A DNA stretch of 64,000 nt from positions 10,598-74,597 of IMG/VR virus record IMGVR_UViG_3300032224_000809. One strand, given 5' to 3'. The stretch comes from a virus. Within the stretch, counting starts at the first letter, position 1. Each line of letters starts with the position of its first letter. Below are positions 48,464-58,500 of this stretch, one piece after another. Below the pieces are notes generated by a model. That model was not told the DNA's origin and did no database searches. It worked only from the letters and a program-made list of their open reading frames with translations. The translations under genes and the position numbers were made by a program.

Positions 48464-51400
48464 ATGAACTACGTAGGTTTACACGTCCACACACACTATT
48501 CATTATTTGATGGTGTTGCTACTCCAGAAGAATACGTTGACCGTGCAGTTGAGTTGGGGATGCCAGCAATTGCTATCACCGACCACGGTACTTTATCTGG
48601 GCACAGGGAACTGCACCGTGTTGCAAAAGCAAAGGGCGTTAAACCGATTCTAGGTCTAGAAGGATACATGTGTGCAGATATATCTGATACACGAGATAAA
48701 TCTGAAAGAGAAGGTCAACAAGATCTTGTCTACAATCACATTATCCTTCTAGCCAAGAATAAAATTGGCTTAGAGAATTTGAATAAGATTAGCGAACTAT
48801 CTTGGACTGATGGATTCTTTAAGAAGCCAAGGTTTGACTTTACAGTATTAGAAAAATATAAAGAAGGAATTATTGTAACTTCTGCATGCCCAAGTAGTGT
48901 TTTGGTCAAAGCCTTAGAAGAAGAAGAGTTTGCACTTGCCAAGAAGTACATCTCCTGGTTTAAAGATCGTTTTGGAGATGACTACTACATTGAAGTAATG
49001 CCTCATAATGAAGCAAGTATAAATAAGCATCTCATTGCCTTGGCAGATGAATTTAATATTAAAGTTGTTGTGACTCCAGATTGTCACCATGTTGACCCAT
49101 CACAAAAAGAAATTCAAGAGTTTAAATTATTAATGAACACCCACGGCAAAATAAGTAAAGATACAACCTATGCAAAGTCAGCAAAGATTGAATCTATGAT
49201 GGAGCGCCTTGACTACCTATATGGGGAAGATCGTCAAATAACATTTAATAAATTTGATATTCACCTTCTATCCTATGAAGAGATTAAGACTGCCATGGAA
49301 TCGCAGGGGATAGACAGAGCAGACATCTACTCAAACACATTACTATTATCAGATACAGTGGAAGACTACGGCATAGAAGAAGGCTTAAATTTGCTTCCAG
49401 TGCAGTATAAGAGTCCAGACAAGCAATTGCGAAAGATTGCATTTGAAGGTTTAGAGTTAAAAGGTTTGTCAGATAATGAAGAATATGTTGCTAGAGTTGA
49501 AGAAGAATTAGAGATTATTAAAAATAAGAAGTTTGCTCCGTACTTCCTTGTTGTTCAAAGCATGATTGCTTGGGCAAAGAAGGAAGGAATTATGGTTGGT
49601 CCTGGCCGTGGCTCTGCAGCAGGTTCTTTAGTATGCTACGCACTTGGAATAACAGATGTTGATCCATTAAAGTATGGACTACTGTTCTTTCGTTTTATTA
49701 ATCCAGAACGTAACGATTTCCCAGATATTGACACGGACATTCAAGATTCTCGCCGTGATGAGGTTAAAGACTATTTAGTTAGACAGTATAGACACGTTGC
49801 ATCTATTGCTACCTTCTTACAGTTTAAAGATAAAGGAGTCGTACGAGATGTTGCACGAGTATTAAATATTCCATTAACAGATGTTAATAAGGTTCTGAAG
49901 ATGGTTGATACCTGGGATGAATACTGTACCTCAAAATCAACTAGAGAGTTTAGAGATAAATATCCAGAGGTGGAGATGTATGGAGAACAACTACGTGGTC
50001 GAATTAGGGGTACTGGTATTCACGCTGCAGGAGTTGTTACTAGTAAAGATCCAATCTTTAGGTATGCGCCGATGGAAACTCGCTCTTCTCCTGGATCTGA
50101 CGATAGGATTCCAGTGGTTGGCGTTGACATGGAAGAAGCGGAAAGAATTGGTCTAATTAAGATTGACGCACTTGGATTAAAAACGCTAAGCGTTATTCAA
50201 GATGCAGTTGCAATGATTAAAGAAAACCACTATAAGGATATTAATTTAGATTCTCTTGATCTTGCAGATCCAAAAGTTTATGAAATGCTTTCTGATGGAT
50301 ATACTAAAGGTGTATTCCAGTGTGAAGCAACTCCATATACAAACCTTCTTGTAAAAATGGGGGTAAAGAATTTTAACGAACTTGCTGCATCTAACGCACT
50401 AGTTAGACCAGGAGCAATGAATACAATTGGCAAGGACTATATTGCACGTAAGCATGGCAAGCAAAATGTTTCTTATAGTCATCAAATTATGAAACCATTC
50501 ACGGAGGATACCTATGGCTGCATCCTATACCAGGAGCAAGTTATGCAAGCATGCGTACACCTTGGACAAATGTCCATGTCGGAAGCAGATAAAGTTAGAA
50601 AAATCATTGGAAAGAAAAAAGATGCTAAAGATTTTGACGAGTTCAAAGAAAAGTTTGTCGAGGGTGCTTCTGCCTTTATTAGTCCCAATCAGGCTCGTGA
50701 TCTATGGCATGACTTTGAAGCACATGCTGGGTACTCGTTCAACAAGTCTCATGCGGTTGCTTACTCTACGCTCTCGTATTGGACGGCGTGGCTAAAGTAT
50801 TATTATCCACTTGAGTTTATGTTTGCTCTTCTAAAGAATGAGAAGGATAAAGACAATAGAACTGGATATCTTATTGAGGCAAAACGTATTGGTATTTCAA
50901 TAAAACTTCCACACATTAACGACTCCGACTTTGACTTTAAAATTGAAGGCAAGGGCATTAGGTTTGGACTTACTGCAATTAAGTATATTTCTAATAACAT
51001 TGCTGAAAAGTATATTGCTGCTAGACCTTTTAAATCTTATAAAGAAGTAGAAGAGTTTACTTTTACAAAAGGTAATGGAGTTAACAGCCGTGCACTACAG
51101 GCTATGAATATGATTGGCGCACTAACATTTCCAGACAATGAAAGAAATGATACTCAGATTAAAGAAAACCTTTATGAGTATTTAAACCTTCCAGAATTTA
51201 ATATCACTATCCCCTCACACTATTACGCATTTATTCAGGAAGTATGTGATTTTGAAGAGAAGGGATCTTATATACTTCTAGGCATGGTTAAAGCAATTAA
51301 ACGAGGAACTGGCTGGTCAAGAGTTGAGGTATTAGATAAGACTGGCAGTGTTGGAATCTTTGATGATGAGGGAACAACTATTGAGACTGGTCGTACTTAC

Positions 51401-51739
51401 CTAATTCTTGCAAATGATAATAGGATTGTTTCTGCAGTTCCTGCTGATGAAATAAAAACATCAAGCAACGCATTAGTAAAATTTCTTAGTTACAAGCAGT
51501 TACCCTTTACCGAAGAGGAAATGTTTGTGGTATCCTTTAAGCCAAGGATTACAAAAACTGGAAAAAAGATGGCATCATTAACACTTGCTGATACATCTAG
51601 AGATCTTCACTCTATCACAGTATTCCCTACATCTTTTGCTAGAGCATACATGAATCTAGAAGAAGGAAAATCTTATAAGTTTAGTTTTGGAAAGACAAAA
51701 GACGGGACAGTTACATTGGAGGATATACATGTCGGTTAG
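48464..51739 (+). CDS. dnaE: DNA polymerase III alpha subunit
   Basis: PHP domain HVHTHYSLFDG/TDHG, GPGRGSAAGSL, PDIDTD, KIDALGL, YSFNKSHA. No intein seen. Confidence 0.95.
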   Translation: MNYVGLHVHTHYSLFDGVATPEEYVDRAVELGMPAIAITDHGTLSGHRELHRVAKAKGVKPILGLEGYMCADISDTRDKSEREGQQDLVYNHIILLAKNKIGLENLNKISELSWTDGFFKKPRFDFTVLEKYKEGIIVTSACPSSVLVKALEEEEFALAKKYISWFKDRFGDDYYIEVMPHNEASINKHLIALADEFNIKVVVTPDCHHVDPSQKEIQEFKLLMNTHGKISKDTTYAKSAKIESMMERLDYLYGEDRQITFNKFDIHLLSYEEIKTAMESQGIDRADIYSNTLLLSDTVEDYGIEEGLNLLPVQYKSPDKQLRKIAFEGLELKGLSDNEEYVARVEEELEIIKNKKFAPYFLVVQSMIAWAKKEGIMVGPGRGSAAGSLVCYALGITDVDPLKYGLLFFRFINPERNDFPDIDTDIQDSRRDEVKDYLVRQYRHVASIATFLQFKDKGVVRDVARVLNIPLTDVNKVLKMVDTWDEYCTSKSTREFRDKYPEVEMYGEQLRGRIRGTGIHAAGVVTSKDPIFRYAPMETRSSPGSDDRIPVVGVDMEEAERIGLIKIDALGLKTLSVIQDAVAMIKENHYKDINLDSLDLADPKVYEMLSDGYTKGVFQCEATPYTNLLVKMGVKNFNELAASNALVRPGAMNTIGKDYIARKHGKQNVSYSHQIMKPFTEDTYGCILYQEQVMQACVHLGQMSMSEADKVRKIIGKKKDAKDFDEFKEKFVEGASAFISPNQARDLWHDFEAHAGYSFNKSHAVAYSTLSYWTAWLKYYYPLEFMFALLKNEKDKDNRTGYLIEAKRIGISIKLPHINDSDFDFKIEGKGIRFGLTAIKYISNNIAEKYIAARPFKSYKEVEEFTFTKGNGVNSRALQAMNMIGALTFPDNERNDTQIKENLYEYLNLPEFNITIPSHYYAFIQEVCDFEEKGSYILLGMVKAIKRGTGWSRVEVLDKTGSVGIFDDEGTTIETGRTYLILANDNRIVSAVPADEIKTSSNALVKFLSYKQLPFTEEEMFVVSFKPRITKTGKKMASLTLADTSRDLHSITVFPTSFARAYMNLEEGKSYKFSFGKTKDGTVTLEDIHVG

Positions 51740-52739
51740 TTTAGAAGAAGCGTTTGCACAACTAGATCCAAAGTTGAGAAAGAAATTAGGCAATGGTGTT
51801 GGAGTTTCGTATGAGTTTCAGCCAACGCCAAGTTTTGGATTAAATAAGGCTCTAGGCGGTGGCTTGCCATACGGAAGACAAGTTCTTATCTGGGGATCAA
51901 AGTCCTCTGCAAAGTCCTCTATGTGCCTTCAGATGATTGCTCTAGCACAGTCAGAAGGAAAGTTATGTGCTTGGATTGATTCAGAAATGTCATACTCAGA
52001 AGGCTGGGCCAGACAACTTGGGGTAGATCCAGAAAAATTAATTTACTCACAGGCAAGAACTATCAGTGATATGGTAGATGTTGGTGTAGGTCTAATGAAT
52101 GCAGGAGTTGATTTAATCGTGGTAGACTCTATTACATCAATGCTTCCTGCAATTTATTTTGAAAAGGACACTGATGAGATGAAGGCTTTAGAAAATACAA
52201 AGCAGATTGGAGCAGAATCCCGTGACTTTAGCAATGCATGGAAGATGCTTAACTATGCTAATAATAAAGTTAAGCCTACTTTGCTTGTCCTTATTAGCCA
52301 GTCTCGTAATAATATTAATGCTATGTATACTAGCCAGCAGCCTTCTGGTGGTCAGGCTACTAAGTTTTATTCCTCTTGCATTATTAAGTTATTTAGTTCC
52401 GAGTCCGACAATCAGGCGATTAAAGGAAAGATTAAAGTAGGAGATAAATTGATTGAGGAAAAGGTTGGAAGAAAAATTAAGTGGGAACTTCAGTTCTCAA
52501 AAACTTCCCCAGGATTTCAATCAGGAGAATATGATTTCTATTTCAGAGGAGACTCAATCGGCTTAGATGCAGTTGGAGATCTTGTTGATACAGCAGAATT
52601 AGTTGGCCTAGTTGAAAGAACTGGGGCTTGGTACTTGTTGCCAGACGGAACTAAAGTTCAGGGTAGAGATGGATTTATTAATCGTGTTAGAGAAGATCTT
52701 GATTTACAAGATGATCTTAAAAGAAAGTTGTCTTCATGA
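51729..52739 (+). CDS. recA: RecA/UvsX-like recombinase
   Basis: LNKALGGGLPYGR, CAWIDSE, LIVVDSI, GGQATKFYSS, GAWY. Walker A is atypical (GSKSSAKS). Confidence 0.88.
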   Translation: MSVSLEEAFAQLDPKLRKKLGNGVGVSYEFQPTPSFGLNKALGGGLPYGRQVLIWGSKSSAKSSMCLQMIALAQSEGKLCAWIDSEMSYSEGWARQLGVDPEKLIYSQARTISDMVDVGVGLMNAGVDLIVVDSITSMLPAIYFEKDTDEMKALENTKQIGAESRDFSNAWKMLNYANNKVKPTLLVLISQSRNNINAMYTSQQPSGGQATKFYSSCIIKLFSSESDNQAIKGKIKVGDKLIEEKVGRKIKWELQFSKTSPGFQSGEYDFYFRGDSIGLDAVGDLVDTAELVGLVERTGAWYLLPDGTKVQGRDGFINRVREDLDLQDDLKRKLSS

Positions 52740-53287
52740 TAAAATCTGCATTTGTTTTAAAAAATATATTCTCTGCCGAAGAGGTTGAAAAATTAAAAAG
52801 TTTTATTCAAATTCAGAGTGAGGGTAGAGAAACTTTAAATTTTCTCAACCCAGAGCCAGTAGATCCAGATAAGGCAAATCATATAAAGATATATTCAAAA
52901 TGGGGAAGAAGAGATATTCCCCAGGTTAGGTTACCATCACAAGTTACAGATAGAGTACAGAAAATTATTAATGATACCTTTACTGATGGAAAATACTTTG
53001 TTAATTCAAATGAAATATTAGTTTCAACATACTCAGCAGAATACGGTACTCCAAACCTGCAAGGACACAAAGATGGTGGCACCTCTTCATTTTTAGTTGA
53101 CTACCAACTAGACTCCAACACCAACTGGGATATTACTGTTGACGGAAAAGATTATTCTATTAGCAATAACGATGCCGTAGTTTTTAATCCAGTAAAATTT
53201 GAACACTCAAGACCATCTAAGATTTTTTCTGATCGTGAATTTATTACTATGATTTATTTTAGGTTTACTAGACAAGGCGATAAGTAA
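52736..53287 (+). CDS. Putative 2OG-Fe(II) oxygenase
   Basis: PNLQGHKD, DYQLDSNTNW, EHSR. Confidence 0.65.
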   Translation: MIKSAFVLKNIFSAEEVEKLKSFIQIQSEGRETLNFLNPEPVDPDKANHIKIYSKWGRRDIPQVRLPSQVTDRVQKIINDTFTDGKYFVNSNEILVSTYSAEYGTPNLQGHKDGGTSSFLVDYQLDSNTNWDITVDGKDYSISNNDAVVFNPVKFEHSRPSKIFSDREFITMIYFRFTRQGDK

Positions 53288-53288
53288 C

Positions 53289-53465
53289 TTGGCATCTTAT
53301 ACAGTTTATTCTGGTCAATGGCCTTGCCATACCTGTAAAACAGTAGTCTTAACGCTAAGATGTTATGCTGAGACAAAGACGCTGACCTGGATGTGTAAAG
53401 ATAAACATCTTACAACAGTTTATTTAGGAAAAAGAAAGAAGAGCGACTTTGACGGAAAAGAGTGA
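53289..53465 (+). CDS. Small zinc-binding protein (58 aa)
   Basis: TTG start; CHTC...WMCKDKH. Below the ORF-track cutoff. Confidence 0.55.
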   Translation: MASYTVYSGQWPCHTCKTVVLTLRCYAETKTLTWMCKDKHLTTVYLGKRKKSDFDGKE

Positions 53466-53733
53466 AAGTAAAAGAATAGGTGCCAAGCAGCATAAAAACT
53501 CTGGACGTGGAACACACAAGGGTGATGCATCTTGGGAAAACTTTACTGTAGACTTTAAAGAGGTTGGAAAATCTTTTACATTAAATAAAGCGGTATGGGC
53601 AAAGGCAACAACTGATGCCATCAAGAATGGTAACGATCCAGCAATTATTGTTGTTATTGGAGAAGGCAATGCCAAAGTAAGACTTGCAGTAATTGAGATG
53701 AGTATATTAGAGCAGATTGTCGATGGTGTATAA
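53449..53733 (+). CDS. Holliday junction resolvase-like PD-(D/E)XK nuclease
   Basis: E...NSGRG..KGDA..VDFKE. Confidence 0.7.
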   Translation: MTEKSESKRIGAKQHKNSGRGTHKGDASWENFTVDFKEVGKSFTLNKAVWAKATTDAIKNGNDPAIIVVIGEGNAKVRLAVIEMSILEQIVDGV

Positions 53734-53740
53734 TATAATT

Positions 53741-54391
53741 ATGAGAAATAATCAGATTGATAACGTATTTACCCCTGAAGAGATTCAAGAGATTAAGGCT
53801 GTCATTGAGCAAGAACTTGCTACCCGTGAAGTTGTTGAGTGGGATGACGCCGTAGATAGTAATTGGCACGAGAAAAAAATTATAAGAATAAAGAGAAATA
53901 ACCTTGGCAGACTTGACATTAATGATTTACCATTGCCCCCTTATATTATTGACAAGGTAACAAAAATAGCAAGAAATAACTGTCAGATAGATGTTGATAT
54001 TGAAAGACTTATTAGTGTGACATATGCTGAGTATAGTTTAAAGTATGGGCAGCCAAAGTTGGAGGTACACAAAGATGACAATCCTGAAAAAGGAACTAAA
54101 GAAGAGATCTCAGGTGGTGCGGGAGTAGTGCTTACTTATCAACTTGATTCAAACGTTTCTTGGGAAGTTGGTAACAATAAAGACCTATACCTAATACCCA
54201 ATAACGGAATGCTTGTATTCTATCCTAGACAGGATTATCACTGGAGAACAATTAGAAAATGGAACGAAGGAGATTTTGTAAAGGTTGTATTCTTTGAAAT
54301 GTTTACACCAAATTCTCCAAAAGTTGTTGATGATAAAAAACTTGCACAAGAAATTAGAGATTTTAGACAAAACATAGGAGAAAAAATATGA
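53741..54391 (+). CDS. Putative 2OG-Fe(II) oxygenase
   Basis: PKLEVHKD, YQLDSNVSW, HWR. TATAAT 6 nt before ATG 53741. Confidence 0.65.
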   Translation: MRNNQIDNVFTPEEIQEIKAVIEQELATREVVEWDDAVDSNWHEKKIIRIKRNNLGRLDINDLPLPPYIIDKVTKIARNNCQIDVDIERLISVTYAEYSLKYGQPKLEVHKDDNPEKGTKEEISGGAGVVLTYQLDSNVSWEVGNNKDLYLIPNNGMLVFYPRQDYHWRTIRKWNEGDFVKVVFFEMFTPNSPKVVDDKKLAQEIRDFRQNIGEKI

Positions 54392-54972
54392 AATACGATG
54401 AGGCTAATGTTATAGTTAAAGATGTTTTAACTGATGCAGAAATTGCAAGTATTTATAAAATGCTAGAAACTCCATCACAAAAATATGTAATGAAAAGATT
54501 TAATCAAAAAATTTCTGATTTTCAGTTACCTGAATCAGTTGCCAAAAAAATTATAGACCATTGTGAGAAAATATCTGGAGAATCTGGTTTAATTATTTCA
54601 GAGTATCAGTATGCTAGATATACAAACATATATGAAGAAGATGGAACTCTGGGGGCCCCATTTCTTTCTCCACACTATGATGAAACATTTAAAGAACCAA
54701 GGTTCACATTTGATTATCAGATGTCATCCAATACTTGTTGGCCATTAGTAGTTGAAGAAAGAGAGTATGCATTAGAAGATAATCAGGCTTTAACATTTTC
54801 TGGAACACATCAAATACATTGGAGAACCAAGAAAGTTTTTTCTGATGAAGACTTTATAGATATGATCTTTTTTCATTTAAAGAAATCTAATGCAGAGCCA
54901 AAGGGTGCTGAAGTAAATGCATCGATGAACGAAAAGGCAAAGCACTTTATTAAAGTATATGAGGCACAATAA
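54388..54972 (+). CDS. Putative 2OG-Fe(II) oxygenase
   Basis: PFLSPHYD, DYQMSSNTCW, HWR. Confidence 0.65.
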   Translation: MKYDEANVIVKDVLTDAEIASIYKMLETPSQKYVMKRFNQKISDFQLPESVAKKIIDHCEKISGESGLIISEYQYARYTNIYEEDGTLGAPFLSPHYDETFKEPRFTFDYQMSSNTCWPLVVEEREYALEDNQALTFSGTHQIHWRTKKVFSDEDFIDMIFFHLKKSNAEPKGAEVNASMNEKAKHFIKVYEAQ

Positions 54973-55760
54973 TGGCTGAGTTGCATAAGTACTTAACTGG
55001 TTTTGATAAATATACAAAGCCTTTACCATTCTATGTTGATAATCTTTTTACCCCAGAGCAAGATAAAAAGATTAGGGATATCATTGAAGAAAATAGAAAA
55101 CTAGAACCATTTATTATTGGTGATAGGATTGAAGATGGATACATTAGAATGTCTGAGTTTAGAAGTAGGTTTCAACCAAAGATAGCAAAGAATATGTCAC
55201 GAACTCTTATTGAGTTTGATATGCCAGAAGATTGCGAAAAGCGTTTAGATGAAATTGCTAAGCCACTTTATAATGGAGATATTGCTTTATGTCATTGGAA
55301 CTATATTGACTATAATATAAACTATGGATATGGAGATAATTCTCCCGCACTTCCACCACATCTTGATGCAGATGAAAATCTTGTAACAATAAACTATTGC
55401 CCAGACACAAACATTGAGTGGGACCTATATGTAAGCAACTGGAATGATACAAGTAATTTTACTAAGTATTCACTCAGTGGTGGTCAGACTATTGTCTTTA
55501 GCGCAGTGAATCAGATACACTGGAGACCAAAGCGTAAATTTAAAGAGGGAGAGTTCTGTGAGATTATAAGTATGGACTATTGCCCAACAACAAGTTATCG
55601 ATTTACTGGGGAGCACAATCCAATAGATCCAGAGCATTATCCAGCCAAAAGAACAGAGTACCTAAATGAACTTCAGTCAAGGCCAGATATGCAGGCAGCG
55701 TTTAAACTTTGGGAAGAAGAAGGATTAAGAGACGGAATATCAAAGAAATCGATGGGATAA
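54972..55760 (+). CDS. Putative 2OG-Fe(II) oxygenase
   Basis: PALPPHLD, NIEW, HWRPKR. Confidence 0.65.
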   Translation: MAELHKYLTGFDKYTKPLPFYVDNLFTPEQDKKIRDIIEENRKLEPFIIGDRIEDGYIRMSEFRSRFQPKIAKNMSRTLIEFDMPEDCEKRLDEIAKPLYNGDIALCHWNYIDYNINYGYGDNSPALPPHLDADENLVTINYCPDTNIEWDLYVSNWNDTSNFTKYSLSGGQTIVFSAVNQIHWRPKRKFKEGEFCEIISMDYCPTTSYRFTGEHNPIDPEHYPAKRTEYLNELQSRPDMQAAFKLWEEEGLRDGISKKSMG

Positions 55761-55762
55761 AA

Positions 55763-56068
55763 ATGGAACAAAACGGTACAACAATAGATATGATAAACGG
55801 TCTGTCAGAAATTTCAGACTATATGAATGACGAAGAACTAACTACTGCTTTAACTTTTATTGCCAAGGTTATCCTTAAACCAGATATCCCGCTTAATGTT
55901 GCAACAGTTGAGATAGTTAGACTTCAGGCAATTGCAGCAAAGATGGCACTCAAAGCCACATGGATGGCTAACGTAGATAAGTCTGATCGTGGAAAGAAAA
56001 ACTTATACTACACAGCAGCCGAAGCAATTAATAATCTTGTTTCTGCATTAAAGTACACGACTAAGTAA
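55763..56068 (+). CDS. Hypothetical helical protein
   Basis: ATG 55763 just after the upstream stop. Confidence 0.6.
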   Translation: MEQNGTTIDMINGLSEISDYMNDEELTTALTFIAKVILKPDIPLNVATVEIVRLQAIAAKMALKATWMANVDKSDRGKKNLYYTAAEAINNLVSALKYTTK

Positions 56069-56109
56069 TTTCTGCTATACTTATATGAACGGAAACGAGA
56101 ATAAAAACA

Positions 56110-56925
56110 ATGACAAAAAATTTATTAAAATCAATAATGATTAAGCCAGAACCACTTCCAGAGGATAGTTTTGATACAACAGAAATGATTCAAAAAATCC
56201 AGTCTGGATATCTTGAAGGGCGTGGGCCTAAGCATACACAAAAGAAGACCTTTGCTCCATCAACGATTGCCTATGGGCACGGAGAGTGTCCTAGATACTG
56301 GTATCTTGCCTTTGATGGTCAAACATTTGAAGATAATAATGATGCTTATGGCGTTGCCAATATGACTGCTGGAACAAAGTCACATGATAGAATTCAACAT
56401 GCAATGATGGCTTCTGGAATTGCAGAGATTTATCGTGATGCGGATAATAATCCTACTACAGAGTTTAAGATTACTAACCAAGATCCACCAATTTTTGGAT
56501 ATGGCGATGCTATGTTGAATTGGCAGGATGAGCAAATCGTTGGAGAAATTAAAACAATGATGAGTGAAGGCTTTGAATATCGAAAAGCAAAGCGAAAGCC
56601 AAAGACTGGACACTTAATACAATTGCTTATTTATATGAAGATCCTAAAGAAATCAAAGGGTGTTCTTATTTATGAGAACAAAAACAATCACGAGTTACTA
56701 GTTCTTCCCGTAACAGTGAACGATCATTACCGTCGGTGGGTAGACCAGGCATTTGATTGGATGAGAGAAGTTCGTAGGGCTTGGGTAGACAGAACTCTTC
56801 CTAAGAAAAACTATAGAGCAAATTCCAAGATATGCAAATCATGCCCAGTACAAAAGGCGTGTGCGTCAGCAGGCGAAGGGGATCTTAAAGTCAAATCCTT
56901 GGAGCCATTGGATGAAGAATTGTAA
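56110..56925 (+). CDS. Cas4-like PD-(D/E)XK exonuclease
   Basis: CPRYW, GT..H, GYGD..GEIKT, QLLIY, C..CP...C. Confidence 0.8.
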   Translation: MTKNLLKSIMIKPEPLPEDSFDTTEMIQKIQSGYLEGRGPKHTQKKTFAPSTIAYGHGECPRYWYLAFDGQTFEDNNDAYGVANMTAGTKSHDRIQHAMMASGIAEIYRDADNNPTTEFKITNQDPPIFGYGDAMLNWQDEQIVGEIKTMMSEGFEYRKAKRKPKTGHLIQLLIYMKILKKSKGVLIYENKNNHELLVLPVTVNDHYRRWVDQAFDWMREVRRAWVDRTLPKKNYRANSKICKSCPVQKACASAGEGDLKVKSLEPLDEEL

Positions 56926-57190
56926 TTGGTGCGATAACCAATTTAATGCTACAGTATCCTATCAGGTATATTGTTCTACAATATGTCGAGAGGCTGCAAC
57001 AAAACAAAAGATTGCATCAAGATATCTTCATGCAAGAAGACAAAAACGCATAGGCAAAAAACGTTTATGTAAAAATTGTCAACTTGAATTATCAATATAC
57101 AATGATGAGCCAATTTGTTTTGAGTGTAACATTAATCCATCAGATGTAAAAAAAGTTTTAAAAGAAATTAGGCGGATGGCAAAAGAATGA
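56912..57190 (+). CDS. Cys-rich zinc-finger protein
   Basis: CNWC..YCSTIC..CKNC..CFEC. Confidence 0.65.
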   Translation: MKNCNWCDNQFNATVSYQVYCSTICREAATKQKIASRYLHARRQKRIGKKRLCKNCQLELSIYNDEPICFECNINPSDVKKVLKEIRRMAKE

Positions 57191-57774
57191 AGTTGTCTTT
57201 AATAGATCAGAACCTCCCAAAAAGTATTTGCGCTATAGATGCAAGTACCAATAGTTTAGGTTTTGCGCTTTTTGATACACAACAGGAAACTCTGAGTGCT
57301 GTTGGAAAGATTAAATTTCAAGGTAATAATACCTACGAAAAAGTTATGGATGCTGGTAAAAAGGTAAAGGCATTCTTTGATTACTATGGAGGGTTTGAAG
57401 CAATAGTAATTGAGCATACTGTGTTTATGAATAGTCCAAAGACAGCAGCAGACCTTGCACTTGTTCAAGGATCAATACTTGGCGCTGCAGGTTTGACTGG
57501 TACAAAAGTAATAGGCAGGGTTGCCCCAATTACATGGCAAAACTATATAGGTAATAAAAAAATATCCACTGATGAAAAATTATATATTAAATCTCAAAAT
57601 CCTGGCAAGTCGGAGTCATGGCTTAAGACTTATGAAAGAGATTTAAGAAAACAAAGGACTATTCGATATATCAACACAATGTATGATAGAACTATTACAG
57701 ATAACGATGTTGCAGATGCCTGCGGTATAGGTCATTGGGCAATTAATAATTGGGAGAAAGCAGTACAGTTATGA
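57187..57774 (+). CDS. ruvC: RuvC-like Holliday junction resolvase
   Basis: AIDASTNSLG, IVIE, DNDVADACGIG. Confidence 0.75.
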   Translation: MKLSLIDQNLPKSICAIDASTNSLGFALFDTQQETLSAVGKIKFQGNNTYEKVMDAGKKVKAFFDYYGGFEAIVIEHTVFMNSPKTAADLALVQGSILGAAGLTGTKVIGRVAPITWQNYIGNKKISTDEKLYIKSQNPGKSESWLKTYERDLRKQRTIRYINTMYDRTITDNDVADACGIGHWAINNWEKAVQL

Positions 57775-57944
57775 GTCGAGAACCATTTAACTTTAAACAA
57801 GAAGAAGAGGATGTAGTCCTTACCGTTAAAACCCTATGTCCAGAAAAATGGCTACTCGTAGATCGTGAAACTGGACAGGTGTATGTTGGAAATCCTGGGG
57901 GATACTGGGACAAAATGAAACCAATTGGCAGGGTTGACAAATAA
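57771..57944 (+). CDS. Small hypothetical protein
   Basis: ATGA overlap; KWLLVDRETGQVY. Confidence 0.55.
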   Translation: MSREPFNFKQEEEDVVLTVKTLCPEKWLLVDRETGQVYVGNPGGYWDKMKPIGRVDK

Positions 57945-57948
57945 CGCT

Positions 57949-58104
57949 ATGGCTGCTAAACTATATACAAGTGAATCTTTTATGCGTAAGAGATATATTA
58001 TGGACAAAAAGACACCAGAAGAGATTGCAAAGGAGTGCGGAGTTAGCCTAGAGACTATCTACGTATACCTTGCAAAATTTGGATTAAGGAAATCAAAGAG
58101 ATGA
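57949..58104 (+). CDS. Small HTH protein (51 aa)
   Basis: TPEEIAKECGVSLETIYVYL. Below the ORF-track cutoff. Confidence 0.7.
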   Translation: MAAKLYTSESFMRKRYIMDKKTPEEIAKECGVSLETIYVYLAKFGLRKSKR

Positions 58105-58238
58105 AAAATACAAGTAAAGCATTAGTTATTTTATCATTAGCCATGTCTGCTGGATTGGCCTATACACTTTTAACACTTAGAAACTTACCAGAAAGTTTTG
58201 ATTGGGATCTAGAAGAGGAGATAGACAATGAGTTCTGA
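58101..58238 (+). CDS. Small membrane protein (45 aa)
   Basis: MKNTSKALVILSLAMSAGLAYTLL followed by an acidic tail; ATGA overlap. Confidence 0.5.
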   Translation: MKNTSKALVILSLAMSAGLAYTLLTLRNLPESFDWDLEEEIDNEF

Positions 58239-58500
58239 GACACAGTTTACAATTGGTCAGGTTTGTGATGAGATTAAGAACATGCTTATTACAAAGAATA
58301 AATCTTATGGAGACTCAGCGCTAAATCCAGTTCGGATTTTTTCTATCTCTGATAATATTGAACAGTTACATGTTCGAATTGATGACAAACTTTCTAGGAT
58401 TACCAGAGGCGGAGCATTCATTGGCGATAACGATATTGATGATTTGATTGGCTACCTCATACTATTAAAGATAGCAAGGGAGTTAAATCATGTCGACTGA
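58228..58500 (+). CDS. DUF1599 / nucleotide-modification-associated domain 1-like protein
   Basis: KNKSYGDS...RIDDKLSRI...DLIGY. Confidence 0.7.
   Translation: MSSETQFTIGQVCDEIKNMLITKNKSYGDSALNPVRIFSISDNIEQLHVRIDDKLSRITRGGAFIGDNDIDDLIGYLILLKIARELNHVD

Noticed and set aside
56110-56925. Cas4-like gene as part of a CRISPR-Cas system
   Set aside because: No cas1/cas2 or array; stand-alone Cas4-like nucleases are common in phage recombination modules.
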